Origin: Flavobacteriales bacterium
GTDB taxonomy: Bacteria; Bacteroidota; Bacteroidia; Flavobacteriales_C; GCA-002722245
Length of the DNA: 64,000 nucleotides
Direction of reading: 5' to 3'
NCBI GenBank assembly: GCA_049430665.1
Contig: JBMTCG010000002.1
Coordinates: 4,792-68,791, forward strand
Shown: positions 51,473-62,646 of the stretch, one piece after another
Position numbering within the stretch: position 1 is the stretch's first letter
How the letters are laid out: every line of letters starts with the position of its first letter
Made by a program: the position numbers and the translations under genes
The notes under the pieces: generated by a model
The model's input: the letters and a program-made list of their open reading frames with translations, nothing else
Told to the model about the DNA's origin: nothing
Databases searched by the model: none

Positions 51473-52750
51473 TTATTTTAAATCAAAGCCAATATCTCTT
51501 CTGTAATATTTGCCATCAAACTTAATTTTTTCTGCATTGGCAAAGCTAGTCGCTAAAGCTTCTTGCATGGTAGGTGCAATGGTAGAAACGGCCAATACTC
51601 GTCCGCCATTGGTAACTATACTATCACCTAATGATTTTGTTCCTGCATGGAAAAGGATGCTTCCTTCGCAAGATTCGAAACCAGTCATTACTTTACCTTT
51701 CTCGTAATCGCCAGGATATCCGCCCGCTACGAGCATTACAGTAACGCAAGTGCGGTCGTCGAGTTCTATTGTTTTTTCAGATTAAGAGCCTATGCCCACC
51801 GCTTCGAACAATTCGAGAACATCGCTTTTAATGCGTGGCATTACCACTTCAGTTTCAGGGTCGCCCATACGCACATTGTATTCAATTACTTGAGGATCTC
51901 CACCATCGTTCATCAAGCCAATGAAAATAAATCCTTTGTAGTCGATACCTTCTTTTTTGAGTCCGGCTATAGTTGGTTTCACCACTCTTTCTTCAACTTT
52001 CTTAAGAAAATCACCTTTAGCGAAAGGTACAGGAGAAATAGCGCCCATTCCACCAGTGTTTAATCCAGTATCACCTTCACCAATTCTTTTGTAATCTTTG
52101 GCTTCAGGCAAAATAAGGTAGCCATTGCCATCGGTAAGCACAAATACAGAAAGTTCAATTCCTTTTAAGAATTGCTCAATGACTACTTTGCTGCTGGCTT
52201 GCCCGAATTTCGCATGAGCCAACATGTCTGTCAATTCTTTTTGCGCATCTTTTACATTGTCTAAAATCACTACGCCTTTACCAGCAGCCAAACCATCGGC
52301 TTTCAGTACGAAGGGAGGTTTTTGCGTCTCTAAATATTTCAAACCTTCTTCCAATTGTTCTTTGGTAAAGCTTGCGTAGGCAGCAGTAGGAATACCATGC
52401 TTAATCATGAATTTCTTTGAAAATTCTTTACTTCCTTCCAATTGTGCGCCGTCTTTTTTCGGACCAATAACGGGCACATTTTTAAGTTGTTCATCGGCCA
52501 AGAAGAAGTCGTGCACTCCTTTTACTAATGGGTCTTCCGGACCAACAATTACCAATGAAATATTTTCTTTTAAAACCAACGCTTTGATAGAAGGGAAGTC
52601 ATCGGCAGCAATTGCTACGTTTGTTCCTACTTGAGCAGTGCCAGCATTACCTGGAGCGATAAATAATTTATTTAGTTTTTTGCTTTGTGCGATTTTCCAA
52701 CTGAAAGCGTGCTCGCGTCCGCCAGAGCCTAAGATTAGTACATTCATCAT
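51473..52750 (-). pseudogene. purD: Phosphoribosylamine-glycine ligase interrupted by an in-frame TAA
   Basis: [39 protein letters not shown]; TAA at 51782-51784, then the same frame continues SEKTIELDDR..GGYP..NGGRV..YRRDIG. Confidence 0.92.
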
Positions 52751-52751
52751 A

Positions 52752-54296
52752 TTATAAAGGTATATTTCCGTGTTTTTTCTTTGGTAATTTAGCAACTTTG
52801 TTTTTTAGCATTTCCATAGCGATAATCAACTTTTCGCGTGTTTCTGAAGGCATAATCACCTCATCAACATAACCGCGTTCGGCAGCGATATAAGGGTTAG
52901 CAAACTTATCGTTGTATTCTGCCTCTTTTTCTTTCCATTGCGCATTGGCGTCTTTTGCTTCAGAAATTTCTTTCTTGAAAATAATTTCAGCAGCACCTTT
53001 GGCGCCCATTACCGCAATTTCGGCCGATGGCCATGCAAAATTCATATCGGCGCCAATGTGTTTAGAATTCATCACATCATAAGCACCGCCATAGGCTTTT
53101 CTGGTAATTACTGTAATTCTAGGCACTGTAGCTTCGCTAAATGCATAAAGTAATTTCGCGCCGTTCGCTATGATTCCATTCCACTCTTGATCGGTGCCTG
53201 GAAGAAAGCCTGGAACATCTACCAATACTACTAAAGGAATGTTGAAAGAATCGCAAAAACGAACAAATCTACCGGCCTTGGTAGAAGAATCAATATCTAA
53301 CACTCCTGCTAAATGCTGAGGATTGTTGGCTACTACACCAATCGATTTTCCGGCCAAGCGAGCAAAACCAACAATGATATTTTGAGCAAAATCTTTATGT
53401 ACTTCTAAAAAACTATCGGCATCGGCAATTTCGGCAATCAACGATTTCATGTTGTAAGGCTGTAAATTATTTTCGGGAATGATGGCATCTAATTTATCGC
53501 GTTTTTCATTTCCTGTTTCGTAAGTGTGAATGGGCGCTCTTTCTTCACAATTTTGAGGCAAGTACGACAATTGCTTTTTTAACAATTCAATAGCATCTAA
53601 ATCTGTAGAAGCGGTATAATGCGTAACGCCCGATTTTGATGCATGCGCATCGGCACCGCCCAATTCCTCAGAACTCACTTCTTCATGGGTAACGGTTTTC
53701 ACCACATTGGGTCCGGTTACAAACATATAAGAAGTACCTTCCACCATAGTTATAAAATCAGTGAGTGCAGGAGAATACACTGCACCTCCAGCACAGGGTC
53801 CCATAATCACCGAAAGTTGAGGAATCACTCCTGAAGCCAAAGTATTTCTATAAAAAATATCGGCATAACCAGCCAAAGACACCACCCCTTCTTGAATACG
53901 CGCACCGCCCGAATCGTTTAAACCAATCATAGGAGCACCATTTTGCATGGCCAAATCCATGATTTTACAAATCTTAGCGGCATAAGCTTCCCCTAAGGAA
54001 CCGCCCATCACTGTAAAATCTTGAGAAAACAAATACACCAATCTGCCATTCACCAAGCCATAGCCCGTTACTACGCCGTCGCCCAATATTTTTTGGTCTT
54101 GTAAACCGAAATCGCTAGAGCGATGTTGAACAAATTTGCCAATTTCCTGAAAAGTACCTTTATCTAATAAGAGCTCAATTCTTTCACGCGCAGTTAATTT
54201 CCCTTTTTGATGCTGAGCGTCAATACGCTTTTTACCTCCACCTTCTTCGGCCAAAAGGTTTTTGTTCTTTAGCAATTGAAATTTTTCTGTACTCAT
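52752..54296 (-). CDS. pccB: Acyl-CoA (propionyl-CoA) carboxylase carboxyltransferase beta subunit
   Basis: [43 protein letters not shown]; ATG at 54296. Confidence 0.9.
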   Translation of the reverse strand: MSTEKFQLLKNKNLLAEEGGGKKRIDAQHQKGKLTARERIELLLDKGTFQEIGKFVQHRSSDFGLQDQKILGDGVVTGYGLVNGRLVYLFSQDFTVMGGSLGEAYAAKICKIMDLAMQNGAPMIGLNDSGGARIQEGVVSLAGYADIFYRNTLASGVIPQLSVIMGPCAGGAVYSPALTDFITMVEGTSYMFVTGPNVVKTVTHEEVSSEELGGADAHASKSGVTHYTASTDLDAIELLKKQLSYLPQNCEERAPIHTYETGNEKRDKLDAIIPENNLQPYNMKSLIAEIADADSFLEVHKDFAQNIIVGFARLAGKSIGVVANNPQHLAGVLDIDSSTKAGRFVRFCDSFNIPLVVLVDVPGFLPGTDQEWNGIIANGAKLLYAFSEATVPRITVITRKAYGGAYDVMNSKHIGADMNFAWPSAEIAVMGAKGAAEIIFKKEISEAKDANAQWKEKEAEYNDKFANPYIAAERGYVDEVIMPSETREKLIIAMEMLKNKVAKLPKKKHGNIPL

Positions 54297-54439
54297 ATTA
54301 ATAAGGTAAGTGGAGGTAAAAGTAAAAAGACAAAAGGGATTTCCTACAAAAACATTCAAGTTCACCCTTCAAAACATAAAGTTTTTGGGTACTATTAAAA
54401 AAAAGATGTTGATAATTTGTGGGTTATAAATATTAATTC

Positions 54440-54447
54440 TATTTTTG
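54440..54447 (+). promoter_or_regulatory. -7 box of the rplM operon
   Basis: TATTTTTG 50 nt upstream of the rplM GTG. Confidence 0.6.
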
Positions 54448-54497
54448 TCGCCCGTTTTTCCCTTTAAGAAGAACGAAACCATTTAAAAAATAAGCAA

Positions 54498-54953
54498 GTG
54501 GACACTTTAAGTTACAGAACAGTATCGGCAAACCAAAGCACAGCTAAAAAGCAGTGGGTAGTAGTAAATGCTGAAGGACAGAACCTAGGTAGATTAGCTT
54601 CTAAAGTAGCTAATTTGATTCGTGGAAAACACAAAACAAATTACACTCCTCATTTTGATTGTGGAGACAATGTAATTGTGATTAATGCAGATAAAATTGA
54701 GCTAACCGGCGAAAAATGGGATGCTAAAGATTATATCCGTTATACTGGATATCCAGGCGGACAAAGAATTCTTTCTGCGAGAGAAGTACACGCAAAAAGA
54801 CCTACTGCTTTGGTAGAAAAAGCGGTAAAAGGAATGCTTCCTAAAACAAGATTAGGAAATGCTTTGTTTACTAACCTACATGTATATGCAGGTACAGCAC
54901 ACAAGCATGAAGCGCAACAACCGAAAGAATTGAACATCAACGAAATTAAATAA
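54498..54953 (+). CDS. rplM: 50S ribosomal protein L13
   Basis: LGRLAS, GKHK..YTPH.DCGD, GMLPK..LG. Confidence 0.98.
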   Translation: MDTLSYRTVSANQSTAKKQWVVVNAEGQNLGRLASKVANLIRGKHKTNYTPHFDCGDNVIVINADKIELTGEKWDAKDYIRYTGYPGGQRILSAREVHAKRPTALVEKAVKGMLPKTRLGNALFTNLHVYAGTAHKHEAQQPKELNINEIK

Positions 54954-54958
54954 TCGAA

Positions 54959-55345
54959 ATGGAAGTAATCAACACTGTTGGTAGAAGAAAATCCTCTGTA
55001 GCTAGGATTTACCTGAAAGAAGGAAACGGAACAATCACCGTTAACGAAAGAGAAGCAAACGAATATTTTCCAACAACTATGCTTCAGTTCAAATTAAATC
55101 AAGCAATTAAAATTGCTGATTTAGAAGGTAAATTTGACATCGATGTTACTGTAACAGGTGGTGGTATTACTGGCCAAGTTGAAGCAACCCGTATGGGTAT
55201 TGCTAGAGCTTTGGAAAAATACAATGCTGAGTTGAGAGCTCCTTTGAAAAAAGAAGGCTTATTTACAAGAGACCAAAGAGAAGTGGAGAGAAAAAAACCA
55301 GGTCAAAAGAAAGCAAGAAAGAGATTCCAATTCTCTAAACGTTAA
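54959..55345 (+). CDS. rpsI: 30S ribosomal protein S9
   Basis: GRRKSSVAR, GGG..GQ, ERKKPG, QFSKR. Confidence 0.98.
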   Translation: MEVINTVGRRKSSVARIYLKEGNGTITVNEREANEYFPTTMLQFKLNQAIKIADLEGKFDIDVTVTGGGITGQVEATRMGIARALEKYNAELRAPLKKEGLFTRDQREVERKKPGQKKARKRFQFSKR

Positions 55346-55375
55346 TATTATTATTCAATTTATAAAACTGATTAG

Positions 55376-56152
55376 ATGGCTAAGGCAACTTACAAAGAGT
55401 TAATGGATGCAGGAGTACACTTCGGGCATTTGACAAGAAAGTGGAATCCAAACATGGCTCCTTACATTTTCATGGAGAAAAATGGTATCCACATCATCGA
55501 CCTTAATAAAACTATTGGCAAATTAGACGAAGCTGCTGCAGCTTTGAAACAAGTTGCTAAATCAGGTAAAAAAATACTTTTCGTAGCTACTAAAAAACAA
55601 GCTAAAGAAATCGTTGCAGAAAGAGTAAAGGCTATCAATATGCCTTACGTTACTGAAAGATGGCCTGGAGGTATGTTGACCAACTTTTCTACTATCCGTA
55701 AAGCGGTTAAGAAAATGGGCACTATCGATAAAATGGCAACTGATGGTACTTTCGATAACATGTCGAAAAAAGAAAGATTAAGCATCATGCGTATGAGAGA
55801 GAAATTAGACCGTAACTTAGGTTCTATCTCTGATCTTAGCCGTTTACCAGGTGCTTTGTTCATCATCGATATTCATAAAGAAAACATCTCTGTTCAAGAG
55901 GCTCACAAATTGAATATTCCAACTTACGGTATCGTTGATACTAACTCAGATCCAAATAAAGTTGATTTCGCTATTCCAGCAAACGACGATAGTTCAAAAT
56001 CTGTTGACTTGATTTTAAGAGTGGTTTGCGATGCTATCGCAGAGGGCTTAGAAGAAAGAAAAGCTTTGAAAGGAACTAAGAAAGATGAGGAAGAGAAAGA
56101 AGAAGTAGTTGAAGCAAAAAAAGCTACTGAAGAAATCGCTGGCGAAGAATAA
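55376..56152 (+). CDS. rpsB: 30S ribosomal protein S2
   Basis: AGVHFGH, WNP.M, RWPGGMLTN, DTNSDP, PANDD. Confidence 0.98.
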   Translation: MAKATYKELMDAGVHFGHLTRKWNPNMAPYIFMEKNGIHIIDLNKTIGKLDEAAAALKQVAKSGKKILFVATKKQAKEIVAERVKAINMPYVTERWPGGMLTNFSTIRKAVKKMGTIDKMATDGTFDNMSKKERLSIMRMREKLDRNLGSISDLSRLPGALFIIDIHKENISVQEAHKLNIPTYGIVDTNSDPNKVDFAIPANDDSSKSVDLILRVVCDAIAEGLEERKALKGTKKDEEEKEEVVEAKKATEEIAGEE

Positions 56153-56168
56153 TTAAAAGATTATAACA

Positions 56169-57002
56169 ATGGCAACAATGGAAATAAATGCTAAAGATGT
56201 AATGAAATTACGCGCTCAAACTGGTGCGGGAATGATGGATTGCAAAAAAGCTTTGGCTGAAGCAGAAGGAAATTTTGAAGTAGCAATTGATGTTCTTAGA
56301 AAACAAGGACAAAAATTAGCTAACAAACGTGCCGACAGAGAAACTACTGAAGGTTTTGTATTGGCTAAAACAAGTGCCGATAACAAAAGAGCTTTCATTA
56401 TTTCTTTGAACTGTGAAACTGACTTCGTTGCTAAAAACGAAAGTTTTGGAAAATTAGTGGAGCGTTTTGCTGAATTGGCCTTGGCTAACAACTCTCAATC
56501 AGTTGAAGAAGTTAAAGCATTGAAATTCGACGATATCACTATTGGAGAGAAAGTAACAGAGCAAACTGGTGTTATTGGTGAGAAATTAGAAATTTGCTGT
56601 TTCGAAGCTATCACTGGTGAACAAGTTTACGCTTACAACCACCCTGGTAACAGAACAGCTGCTATTTTGGCTGTAAATATTGCTACTGATGTTGAAGTGG
56701 TTAAAAACGTTGCTATGCAAATTGCGGCAATGAATCCTGTTTCTATCGATAAAGCAGATTGTCCTCAATCTGTAATTGAAAAAGAAATTGAAATTGCTAA
56801 AGATTTGTTGAGACAAGAAGGTAAACCTGAAGATATGATTGATAAAATCGCTCAAGGTAAATTGACTCGTTTCTTCAAAGACAGCACTTTATTGAACCAA
56901 GATTTTATTAAAGACGGAAAAATCACTGTAGCGCAGTACTTAAAGTCGGTAAACAAAGACTTAACTGTAACCGCCTTCAGAAGATATTCATTGGCCGACT
57001 AG
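56169..57002 (+). CDS. tsf: Elongation factor Ts
   Basis: [22 protein letters not shown]. Confidence 0.98.
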   Translation: MATMEINAKDVMKLRAQTGAGMMDCKKALAEAEGNFEVAIDVLRKQGQKLANKRADRETTEGFVLAKTSADNKRAFIISLNCETDFVAKNESFGKLVERFAELALANNSQSVEEVKALKFDDITIGEKVTEQTGVIGEKLEICCFEAITGEQVYAYNHPGNRTAAILAVNIATDVEVVKNVAMQIAAMNPVSIDKADCPQSVIEKEIEIAKDLLRQEGKPEDMIDKIAQGKLTRFFKDSTLLNQDFIKDGKITVAQYLKSVNKDLTVTAFRRYSLAD

Positions 57003-57010
57003 GCCAAACG

Positions 57011-57045
57011 AAAAAAGAGAGAATTTAAATTCTCTCTTTTTTTTT
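57011..57045 (+). terminator. Terminator after tsf
   Basis: Perfect palindrome aaaaaagagagaatttaaattctctctttttt with extended T-run. Confidence 0.85.
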
Positions 57046-57078
57046 GCCCATTTTTTTATAACTCTGATACTTAAGCAA

Positions 57079-57786
57079 ATGAAATACAAAAGAATCCTTT
57101 TAAAACTAAGTGGTGAAGCCTTGATGGGCGATGGACAATATGGAATTGACTCTAACAGATTGTTAGAATATGCTAAAGAAATTGCAACTGTGGTTGGCGC
57201 AGGTACTGAAGTGGCTATAGTGATTGGTGGAGGAAATATCTACAGAGGAATTAATGCAGAGAAATCGGGAATCGACAGAGTGCAAGGTGACCACATGGGA
57301 ATGTTGGCGACTATGATTAACAGTTTGGCTTTACAAGCTACTTTAGAGAAAGTAGGTATTAAAACGCGTTTGCTTTCTGCGATTGTGATGGATCAAGTAG
57401 CTGAACCATACATTAGAAGAAGAGCTGTTCGTCACTTAGAAAAAGGAAGAGTAGTCATCTTCGGTGCAGGAACAGGAAATCCTTATTTCACTACAGATAC
57501 AGCCGCATCGTTAAGAGCTATTGAAATAGAAGCCGATGTAATCTTAAAAGGAACGCGTGTAGATGGTATTTATACTGCCGATCCAGAGAAAGATAAAACA
57601 GCTACCAAATACAATAAAGTTACCTTTACAGAAGTGTATGAAAAAGGGTTAAATGTGATGGATTTAACGGCTTTCACGCTTTGTAAAGAAAACAAACTTC
57701 CTATTATAGTTTTCGATATGAACAAAGCAGGAAACCTACACAAAGTAGTTTTGGGCGAAGATGTAGGAACATTAGTAGAAGTATAG
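57079..57786 (+). CDS. pyrH: UMP kinase
   Basis: [32 protein letters not shown]. Confidence 0.98.
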   Translation: MKYKRILLKLSGEALMGDGQYGIDSNRLLEYAKEIATVVGAGTEVAIVIGGGNIYRGINAEKSGIDRVQGDHMGMLATMINSLALQATLEKVGIKTRLLSAIVMDQVAEPYIRRRAVRHLEKGRVVIFGAGTGNPYFTTDTAASLRAIEIEADVILKGTRVDGIYTADPEKDKTATKYNKVTFTEVYEKGLNVMDLTAFTLCKENKLPIIVFDMNKAGNLHKVVLGEDVGTLVEV

Positions 57787-57828
57787 TAAATTCATCGAAA
57801 TTTTTAATTTAGCGAAAATTCATTGAGT

Positions 57829-58389
57829 ATGTCAGATATCAATTCAGTATTAAGCACCGCAGAAGGTGTGATGAACAAAGCACTAGAAAGATTAGAAAAA
57901 GAATTGTCAAAAATTCGTGCCAGCAAGGCCAATCCTTCTATGTTAGATAGCGTGAAGGTAGATTATTATGGCAATCCATCTCCAGTTGCTAATGTTGCTA
58001 ACATTAATACCCCTGATGGAAGAACTCTTACTGTTCAGCCATGGGAAAAGGGAATGTTGGAGCCTATTTGCAAGGCGATTTTAGATGCAAATTTAGGGTT
58101 TACACCACAAAACAACGGCACTACAATTATCATATCAATACCGCCTCTAACTGAGGAAAGACGAAAAGGTTTAGTGAAGCAATGCAAGGCTGTGGGTGAA
58201 GACGCAAAGGTGTCTATTCGTCAGGCAAGAAAAGATGCCAACGATAGCATCAAAGCTTTGCAAAAAAATGGATTACCTGAAGATAGTGCAAAAGATGGTG
58301 AGGCAAAATCTCAAGTTTTAACCGATAAATTCGTTGCTTTGGTTGATAAACATGTTGCAGATAAGGAAAAGGAAATCATGACAGTGTAA
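57829..58389 (+). CDS. frr: Ribosome recycling factor
   Basis: IRA.KANP.MLD, VDYYG, PPLTEERRK, KEKEIM. Confidence 0.97.
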   Translation: MSDINSVLSTAEGVMNKALERLEKELSKIRASKANPSMLDSVKVDYYGNPSPVANVANINTPDGRTLTVQPWEKGMLEPICKAILDANLGFTPQNNGTTIIISIPPLTEERRKGLVKQCKAVGEDAKVSIRQARKDANDSIKALQKNGLPEDSAKDGEAKSQVLTDKFVALVDKHVADKEKEIMTV

Positions 58390-58417
58390 GGAAATCAAAA
58401 GCAAAACATAGAAAGCC

Positions 58418-58455
58418 AAAAGCTCATTTCGCAAAAGCACGAAATGAGCTTTTTT
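58418..58455. terminator. Bidirectional terminator between frr and the peroxidase gene
   Basis: aaaagctcatttcg/cgaaatgagctttt. Confidence 0.85.
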
Positions 58456-59023
58456 ATTTCAAAGCATTTACAATTTTGTCGTCCATAGGATCAATACCCG
58501 AAGAAAAGTAATGTATTAATTTACCGTTTTCATCTACCAAGTACTTCCCAAAATTCCATGTTGGAGCTTGAGTATTCCATCCATTTAAAGTAGAGTCGGA
58601 AAGCCATTTAAATACCTCATTTTGTTCTTTTCCTTTTTTAACCGAACTCTTCATCGCGATAGGAAAAGAAACGCCGTAATTCTTCTTGCAAAATTCTGCA
58701 ATGGTAGAATCACTTCCTGGTTCTTGACCACCAAAATCATTTGCCGGAAAAGCGATAATCACCAGCTTGTTTTTGTACTTCTGATGCAAGGCTTCTAACC
58801 CGTCGTACTGCTTTGTGTAGCCGCAGTGGCTAGCAGTGTTCACCAATAATACTTTCTTGCCTTTTAAAGAATCGAAATGGAGTGTAGAACCATCATTCAT
58901 TAAAACAGATAAAGAATGAAAGGAGGTTTTCGCTTCAACATTGTTTTCATTTTTTGTGTCCATAGCAAAACAGCTTATTAAAAGTGCGGCAGCGATTGCC
59001 GAAAAACTTATTTTTTTAAACAT
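58454..59023 (-). CDS. Exported cysteine glutathione-peroxidase-family protein
   Basis: Signal peptide; VNTASHCGYT, FPANDFGGQE, WNFGKYL. Confidence 0.92.
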   Translation of the reverse strand: MFKKISFSAIAAALLISCFAMDTKNENNVEAKTSFHSLSVLMNDGSTLHFDSLKGKKVLLVNTASHCGYTKQYDGLEALHQKYKNKLVIIAFPANDFGGQEPGSDSTIAEFCKKNYGVSFPIAMKSSVKKGKEQNEVFKWLSDSTLNGWNTQAPTWNFGKYLVDENGKLIHYFSSGIDPMDDKIVNALK

Positions 59024-59058
59024 AATTTGGGTCTAACAGTGTGCAATCTTTTTTAAGA

Positions 59059-59502
59059 CTAAAATTTTTTTAGGCTATCCTTACAATTACAATTTTTATT
59101 GCCTTCAACTAATGAAAGATCTGTAATCACACTTCTTTCACTCATCATGTCTACCAAAACGTAATAGCTTTTGGTGCCCGCTTCGAATGAGATATAGTAG
59201 GTTTTTGGAGCTTTGTCTACGTTGGTTAAATCGTGACTAAACTCTACGTCGCCATCGGCAATTCCATCTACCACAATTTGCTTGCTTAATTGATGACATT
59301 CAATTAAGCATTCAACACTATCGGTAAAATCCAATTTGTTTTCTTTGGCTAAAATAAATCCTTTCACTCTGTTTTCTGGCAACCAACTTACAGCAGTATT
59401 GTTTAATGGGTCGTCGTTTCTAAACAGTAAGGAAATGAATAACAAAATACTCATCAATCCTGCACTCATGAAAAATATAAAAAATCTTCTTTTTCTGGTC
59501 AT
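59059..59502 (-). CDS. Membrane-anchored hypothetical protein (DUF4258-like)
   Basis: N-terminal TM, WLPENRV, C...C, GDVEF, terminal CNC. Confidence 0.65.
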   Translation of the reverse strand: MTRKRRFFIFFMSAGLMSILLFISLLFRNDDPLNNTAVSWLPENRVKGFILAKENKLDFTDSVECLIECHQLSKQIVVDGIADGDVEFSHDLTNVDKAPKTYYISFEAGTKSYYVLVDMMSERSVITDLSLVEGNKNCNCKDSLKKF

Positions 59503-59505
59503 GGG

Positions 59506-60729
59506 TTAAAATGCTGCCATTAATAAATCTATGCCTTTGTAGGGTAAACAGAAGGTTTCACCTAATATTTTGTTGGTGATAATGCCTTTGTACATATACA
59601 CGCCGTGACGCAGACCACTATTGTTTTTCACCATTTTTTCTATACCACCATGGTTTCCAATATCCAAAATTAGTGGAGTGAATACGTTGCTTAATGCATA
59701 TGATGCTGTGCGCGATACGCGTGCCGCAATGTTGGGAACACAGTAATGTATAATGCCGTGCTTGATATAGGTAGGATTTTCGTGCGAAGTAACACGTGAA
59801 GTTTCAAAGCAGCCTCCGGAGTCGATGCTTACATCAACAATCACTGTTCCTTCTTTCATGGCTTCTACCATTTCTTCTGGCACCACACAAGGTGTTTTAC
59901 CATCTTTGGCACTCAATGCTCCAATCACTACATCGGCATTTTTCAATCCTTTTAATAAAACTTTTGGTTGTATTACAGAGGTGTATAATCGCTGTCCGAC
60001 ATGATTTTGTAATCTTCGCAATTTGTAAATATTGTTATCAAAAACTCTTACAGATGCACCTAAACCAATGGCTGCTCTAACAGCAAATTCACCAACTGTT
60101 CCAGCTCCAATAATTACAACTTCAGTGGGTTTAACGCCAGATATTCCTCCCAGCATGTGTCCGTGTCCACCATGCGCCTTACTCAATAATTCTGCAGCAA
60201 TTAGCATTGATGATGTACCCGCAATTTCGCTCATCGCTTTAACTATAGGGTAAATGCCGTCTTCGTCTTTGATATAATCGAATGCAATGGCTGTAAGTTT
60301 TTTCGACATCAACTGTTGCATGAAGCTTCTAGGTTGAACAGGAAGTTGTAAAGCTGAAAAAAGTATTTGTTTAGAGGAAGGATTTAAGAATTTAATTTCA
60401 TCAAGGGTTGGGGGAGAAACTTTTAAGAGAACATCTGCCTTAAAAACATCTTCGCGGTTGTACGCTATTTCTGCTCCCGCTTCGCTGTAGTCTCTGTCGC
60501 TAAAATTAGCGCCCGAACCGGCTTTGCTTTCAACAATTACACGGTGTCCATTATTTATTAAAACCGCCACAGAATCGGGAACCAAAGGTACTCTGTTTTC
60601 TTGAATTGCACTTTCTTTGGGTATTCCAATGTACAGTGAGCTCTGGCGGCTAGCGATTTCAAGCATTTCCTCTTGTGGCATAAATGCCGATTTCGCTAAG
60701 TTTCTTAATAAATCATCTGATGACTTCAT
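59506..60729 (-). CDS. Alanine dehydrogenase/PNT-family protein with an atypical active site
   Basis: IGIPKE..ENRV, MSEIAG, GAGTVG, DVSIDSGGCFETS, HYCVPNI; N-terminal extension (PQEEMLE). Confidence 0.88.
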   Translation of the reverse strand: MKSSDDLLRNLAKSAFMPQEEMLEIASRQSSLYIGIPKESAIQENRVPLVPDSVAVLINNGHRVIVESKAGSGANFSDRDYSEAGAEIAYNREDVFKADVLLKVSPPTLDEIKFLNPSSKQILFSALQLPVQPRSFMQQLMSKKLTAIAFDYIKDEDGIYPIVKAMSEIAGTSSMLIAAELLSKAHGGHGHMLGGISGVKPTEVVIIGAGTVGEFAVRAAIGLGASVRVFDNNIYKLRRLQNHVGQRLYTSVIQPKVLLKGLKNADVVIGALSAKDGKTPCVVPEEMVEAMKEGTVIVDVSIDSGGCFETSRVTSHENPTYIKHGIIHYCVPNIAARVSRTASYALSNVFTPLILDIGNHGGIEKMVKNNSGLRHGVYMYKGIITNKILGETFCLPYKGIDLLMAAF

Positions 60730-61145
60730 TTTTCTTCACTTACAGTAATTGTTCTTACTAAATTTTCCTCCTTTATGCTGATGCAAATATGCTTTGCAGG
60801 GAGTAAGTTAAATATTTTTTCTGGCCATTCAATGAAGCAGTAATAATTTGAATCGAGATAATCTTCAATGCCTATATCGAATGCTTCGTTCTCATTGTTT
60901 AATCGATAGCAATCAAAGTGATATATTTTTTTATGAAGTACCGAATGGTATTCATTTACAATAGAGAAAGTCGGACTGCTTCCGTAACCTTCGCATTTCA
61001 AAATTTCACAAAATTCTTTGGTAAGAGTTGTTTTTCCTGCTCCCATCTCTCCATACAACAGAAAAACTTTGTGCAGGGGATAACTATCCAAAATACTTTT
61101 TGCTACTACCTTCAGGTCTTCTAAACTTGTAACTTCAAATTCCAT
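60726..61145 (-). CDS. tsaE: tRNA threonylcarbamoyladenosine biosynthesis ATPase
   Basis: GEMGAGKTT, SSPTFSIVNEY, HFD.YRL, IEW. Confidence 0.97.
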   Translation of the reverse strand: MEFEVTSLEDLKVVAKSILDSYPLHKVFLLYGEMGAGKTTLTKEFCEILKCEGYGSSPTFSIVNEYHSVLHKKIYHFDCYRLNNENEAFDIGIEDYLDSNYYCFIEWPEKIFNLLPAKHICISIKEENLVRTITVSEEK

Positions 61146-61218
61146 AGGCTAAAGATATTTTGTTTTTTTTAATTCAACTTAATTCTATTTTAGTCTTACC
61201 TACGAAATTTATCTTACT

Positions 61219-62646
61219 ATGCGAAAAAACGTTTACCACTTGCTGGGCTTAGCATTATTTTCATATGCTTTAAATGCTCAAATCCCCACTGCGAACATTG
61301 CTTCTTGGAAAAATAATGCTAAGGGCGCTTATTCTGTTATACATGATGATTATGGTGATATGGGAGTGGATAGTATTTGGGAATTTGCCGATACGATGTA
61401 TTTTAATCGCGAACTCAAATTTACTTTCGGCGCCATTTCTTCGCAATGCGAGGTTTATAGAAATATCAAAGGTTATGTTTCTCCTTATGATTATGCTAAA
61501 ACTGTAATCATTGGTCAGCACCAGCATGAAATCATTAATCATTCACATACACATACTTGTGCCGTAAATCGTGGGTGGTCGCCATGCGATCTTCAAGGAT
61601 GGGGCGAAAGTGTAGGTTCATCTGATTGGAATGCGCAGTTGTTTGCTTCTCATCAATCTATCATAACCAATACTAGTGTTACTCCGCGTTATTACATTTA
61701 TCCTTACGATCAGTTTACCGATACTGCCAATGGAAAATTACATGCAATGGGTTATATTGGTTCGCGCACTGGCTGGTATGCTGATGGAGTACATTTGCCT
61801 TTTCATAGAAATGGTTATGAGGCCAATGATGTAGTTGATTTCTTTCCTGCTAACAATGGCTTCTTTCGTACTTCTGTTCAAGTGTTTGATGATGTAGATA
61901 GAGCAAAGAATGATGCCGGACAATTATCTACACTTAACTCGGTGGTAGATGCCGCTATTGCCAACAATGAGTGGGGAAACAGAGAATTACATAATGTTGG
62001 AAATTCGGGTTGGGGTGCTGTTCGCACTACCCCTTATCGCAATCACTTAAACTATGTAAAAACCAAGGTGAATAGCGGCGATTTATGGGTGGGTACAGTG
62101 TCTGAAGTGCTAACTTATCAAATGCAAAAATTAAAGTTTACACCAAGTGCCTCTTACGATGCCAATGCTCAAATCACCACAGTTACTTTCGCTACAGCAC
62201 ATCCCGAAATTAATGTTGATGTAGCCAGTTATTTAGCGTCTTTAGCTGTTAAAACATCGGTAACGGTTATTGTTGATATGGATGGTATGGATGAAGACTG
62301 GGTGGTAATGCAAAATAGCACTAGTATTAGTGATTTTTCTAAGAAAAATGGAAAGCTATACATCAATGTTTATCCGCATTTGGGACCCTTACAAATTTTC
62401 AAAAGTTCTTTGGTTTCAGTGTATGAGAATTCTGTAACAGAAAGAAAAATATATCCTAATCCAGCAGTTAATGAATTGCATATAGAGGGGGATGTTTTCC
62501 AAGCTATAATTTATGATATTCAAGGATTGGAAGTTTTGAGAGCCAGTAACAACTCTATTGACATTAGCAACTTAAATGATGGAGTTTATATGGTGAAAGT
62601 TGATGCGTCACCTATTTTCTTCAAGTTTGTGAAATGTACTAAATAG
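61219..62646 (+). CDS. T9SS-secreted polysaccharide-deacetylase (NodB/CE4-like) domain protein
   Basis: Signal peptide; SVIHDDY, HEIINHSHTH, YIYPY, ELH motifs; IYPNPA..LNDGVY..KFVK CTD. Confidence 0.75.
   Translation: MRKNVYHLLGLALFSYALNAQIPTANIASWKNNAKGAYSVIHDDYGDMGVDSIWEFADTMYFNRELKFTFGAISSQCEVYRNIKGYVSPYDYAKTVIIGQHQHEIINHSHTHTCAVNRGWSPCDLQGWGESVGSSDWNAQLFASHQSIITNTSVTPRYYIYPYDQFTDTANGKLHAMGYIGSRTGWYADGVHLPFHRNGYEANDVVDFFPANNGFFRTSVQVFDDVDRAKNDAGQLSTLNSVVDAAIANNEWGNRELHNVGNSGWGAVRTTPYRNHLNYVKTKVNSGDLWVGTVSEVLTYQMQKLKFTPSASYDANAQITTVTFATAHPEINVDVASYLASLAVKTSVTVIVDMDGMDEDWVVMQNSTSISDFSKKNGKLYINVYPHLGPLQIFKSSLVSVYENSVTERKIYPNPAVNELHIEGDVFQAIIYDIQGLEVLRASNNSIDISNLNDGVYMVKVDASPIFFKFVKCTK

Noticed and set aside
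51782-51784. Stop-codon reassignment or programmed readthrough in purD
   Set aside because: TAA ends many genes in this window and no other gene shows an in-frame stop; a point change or error is simpler
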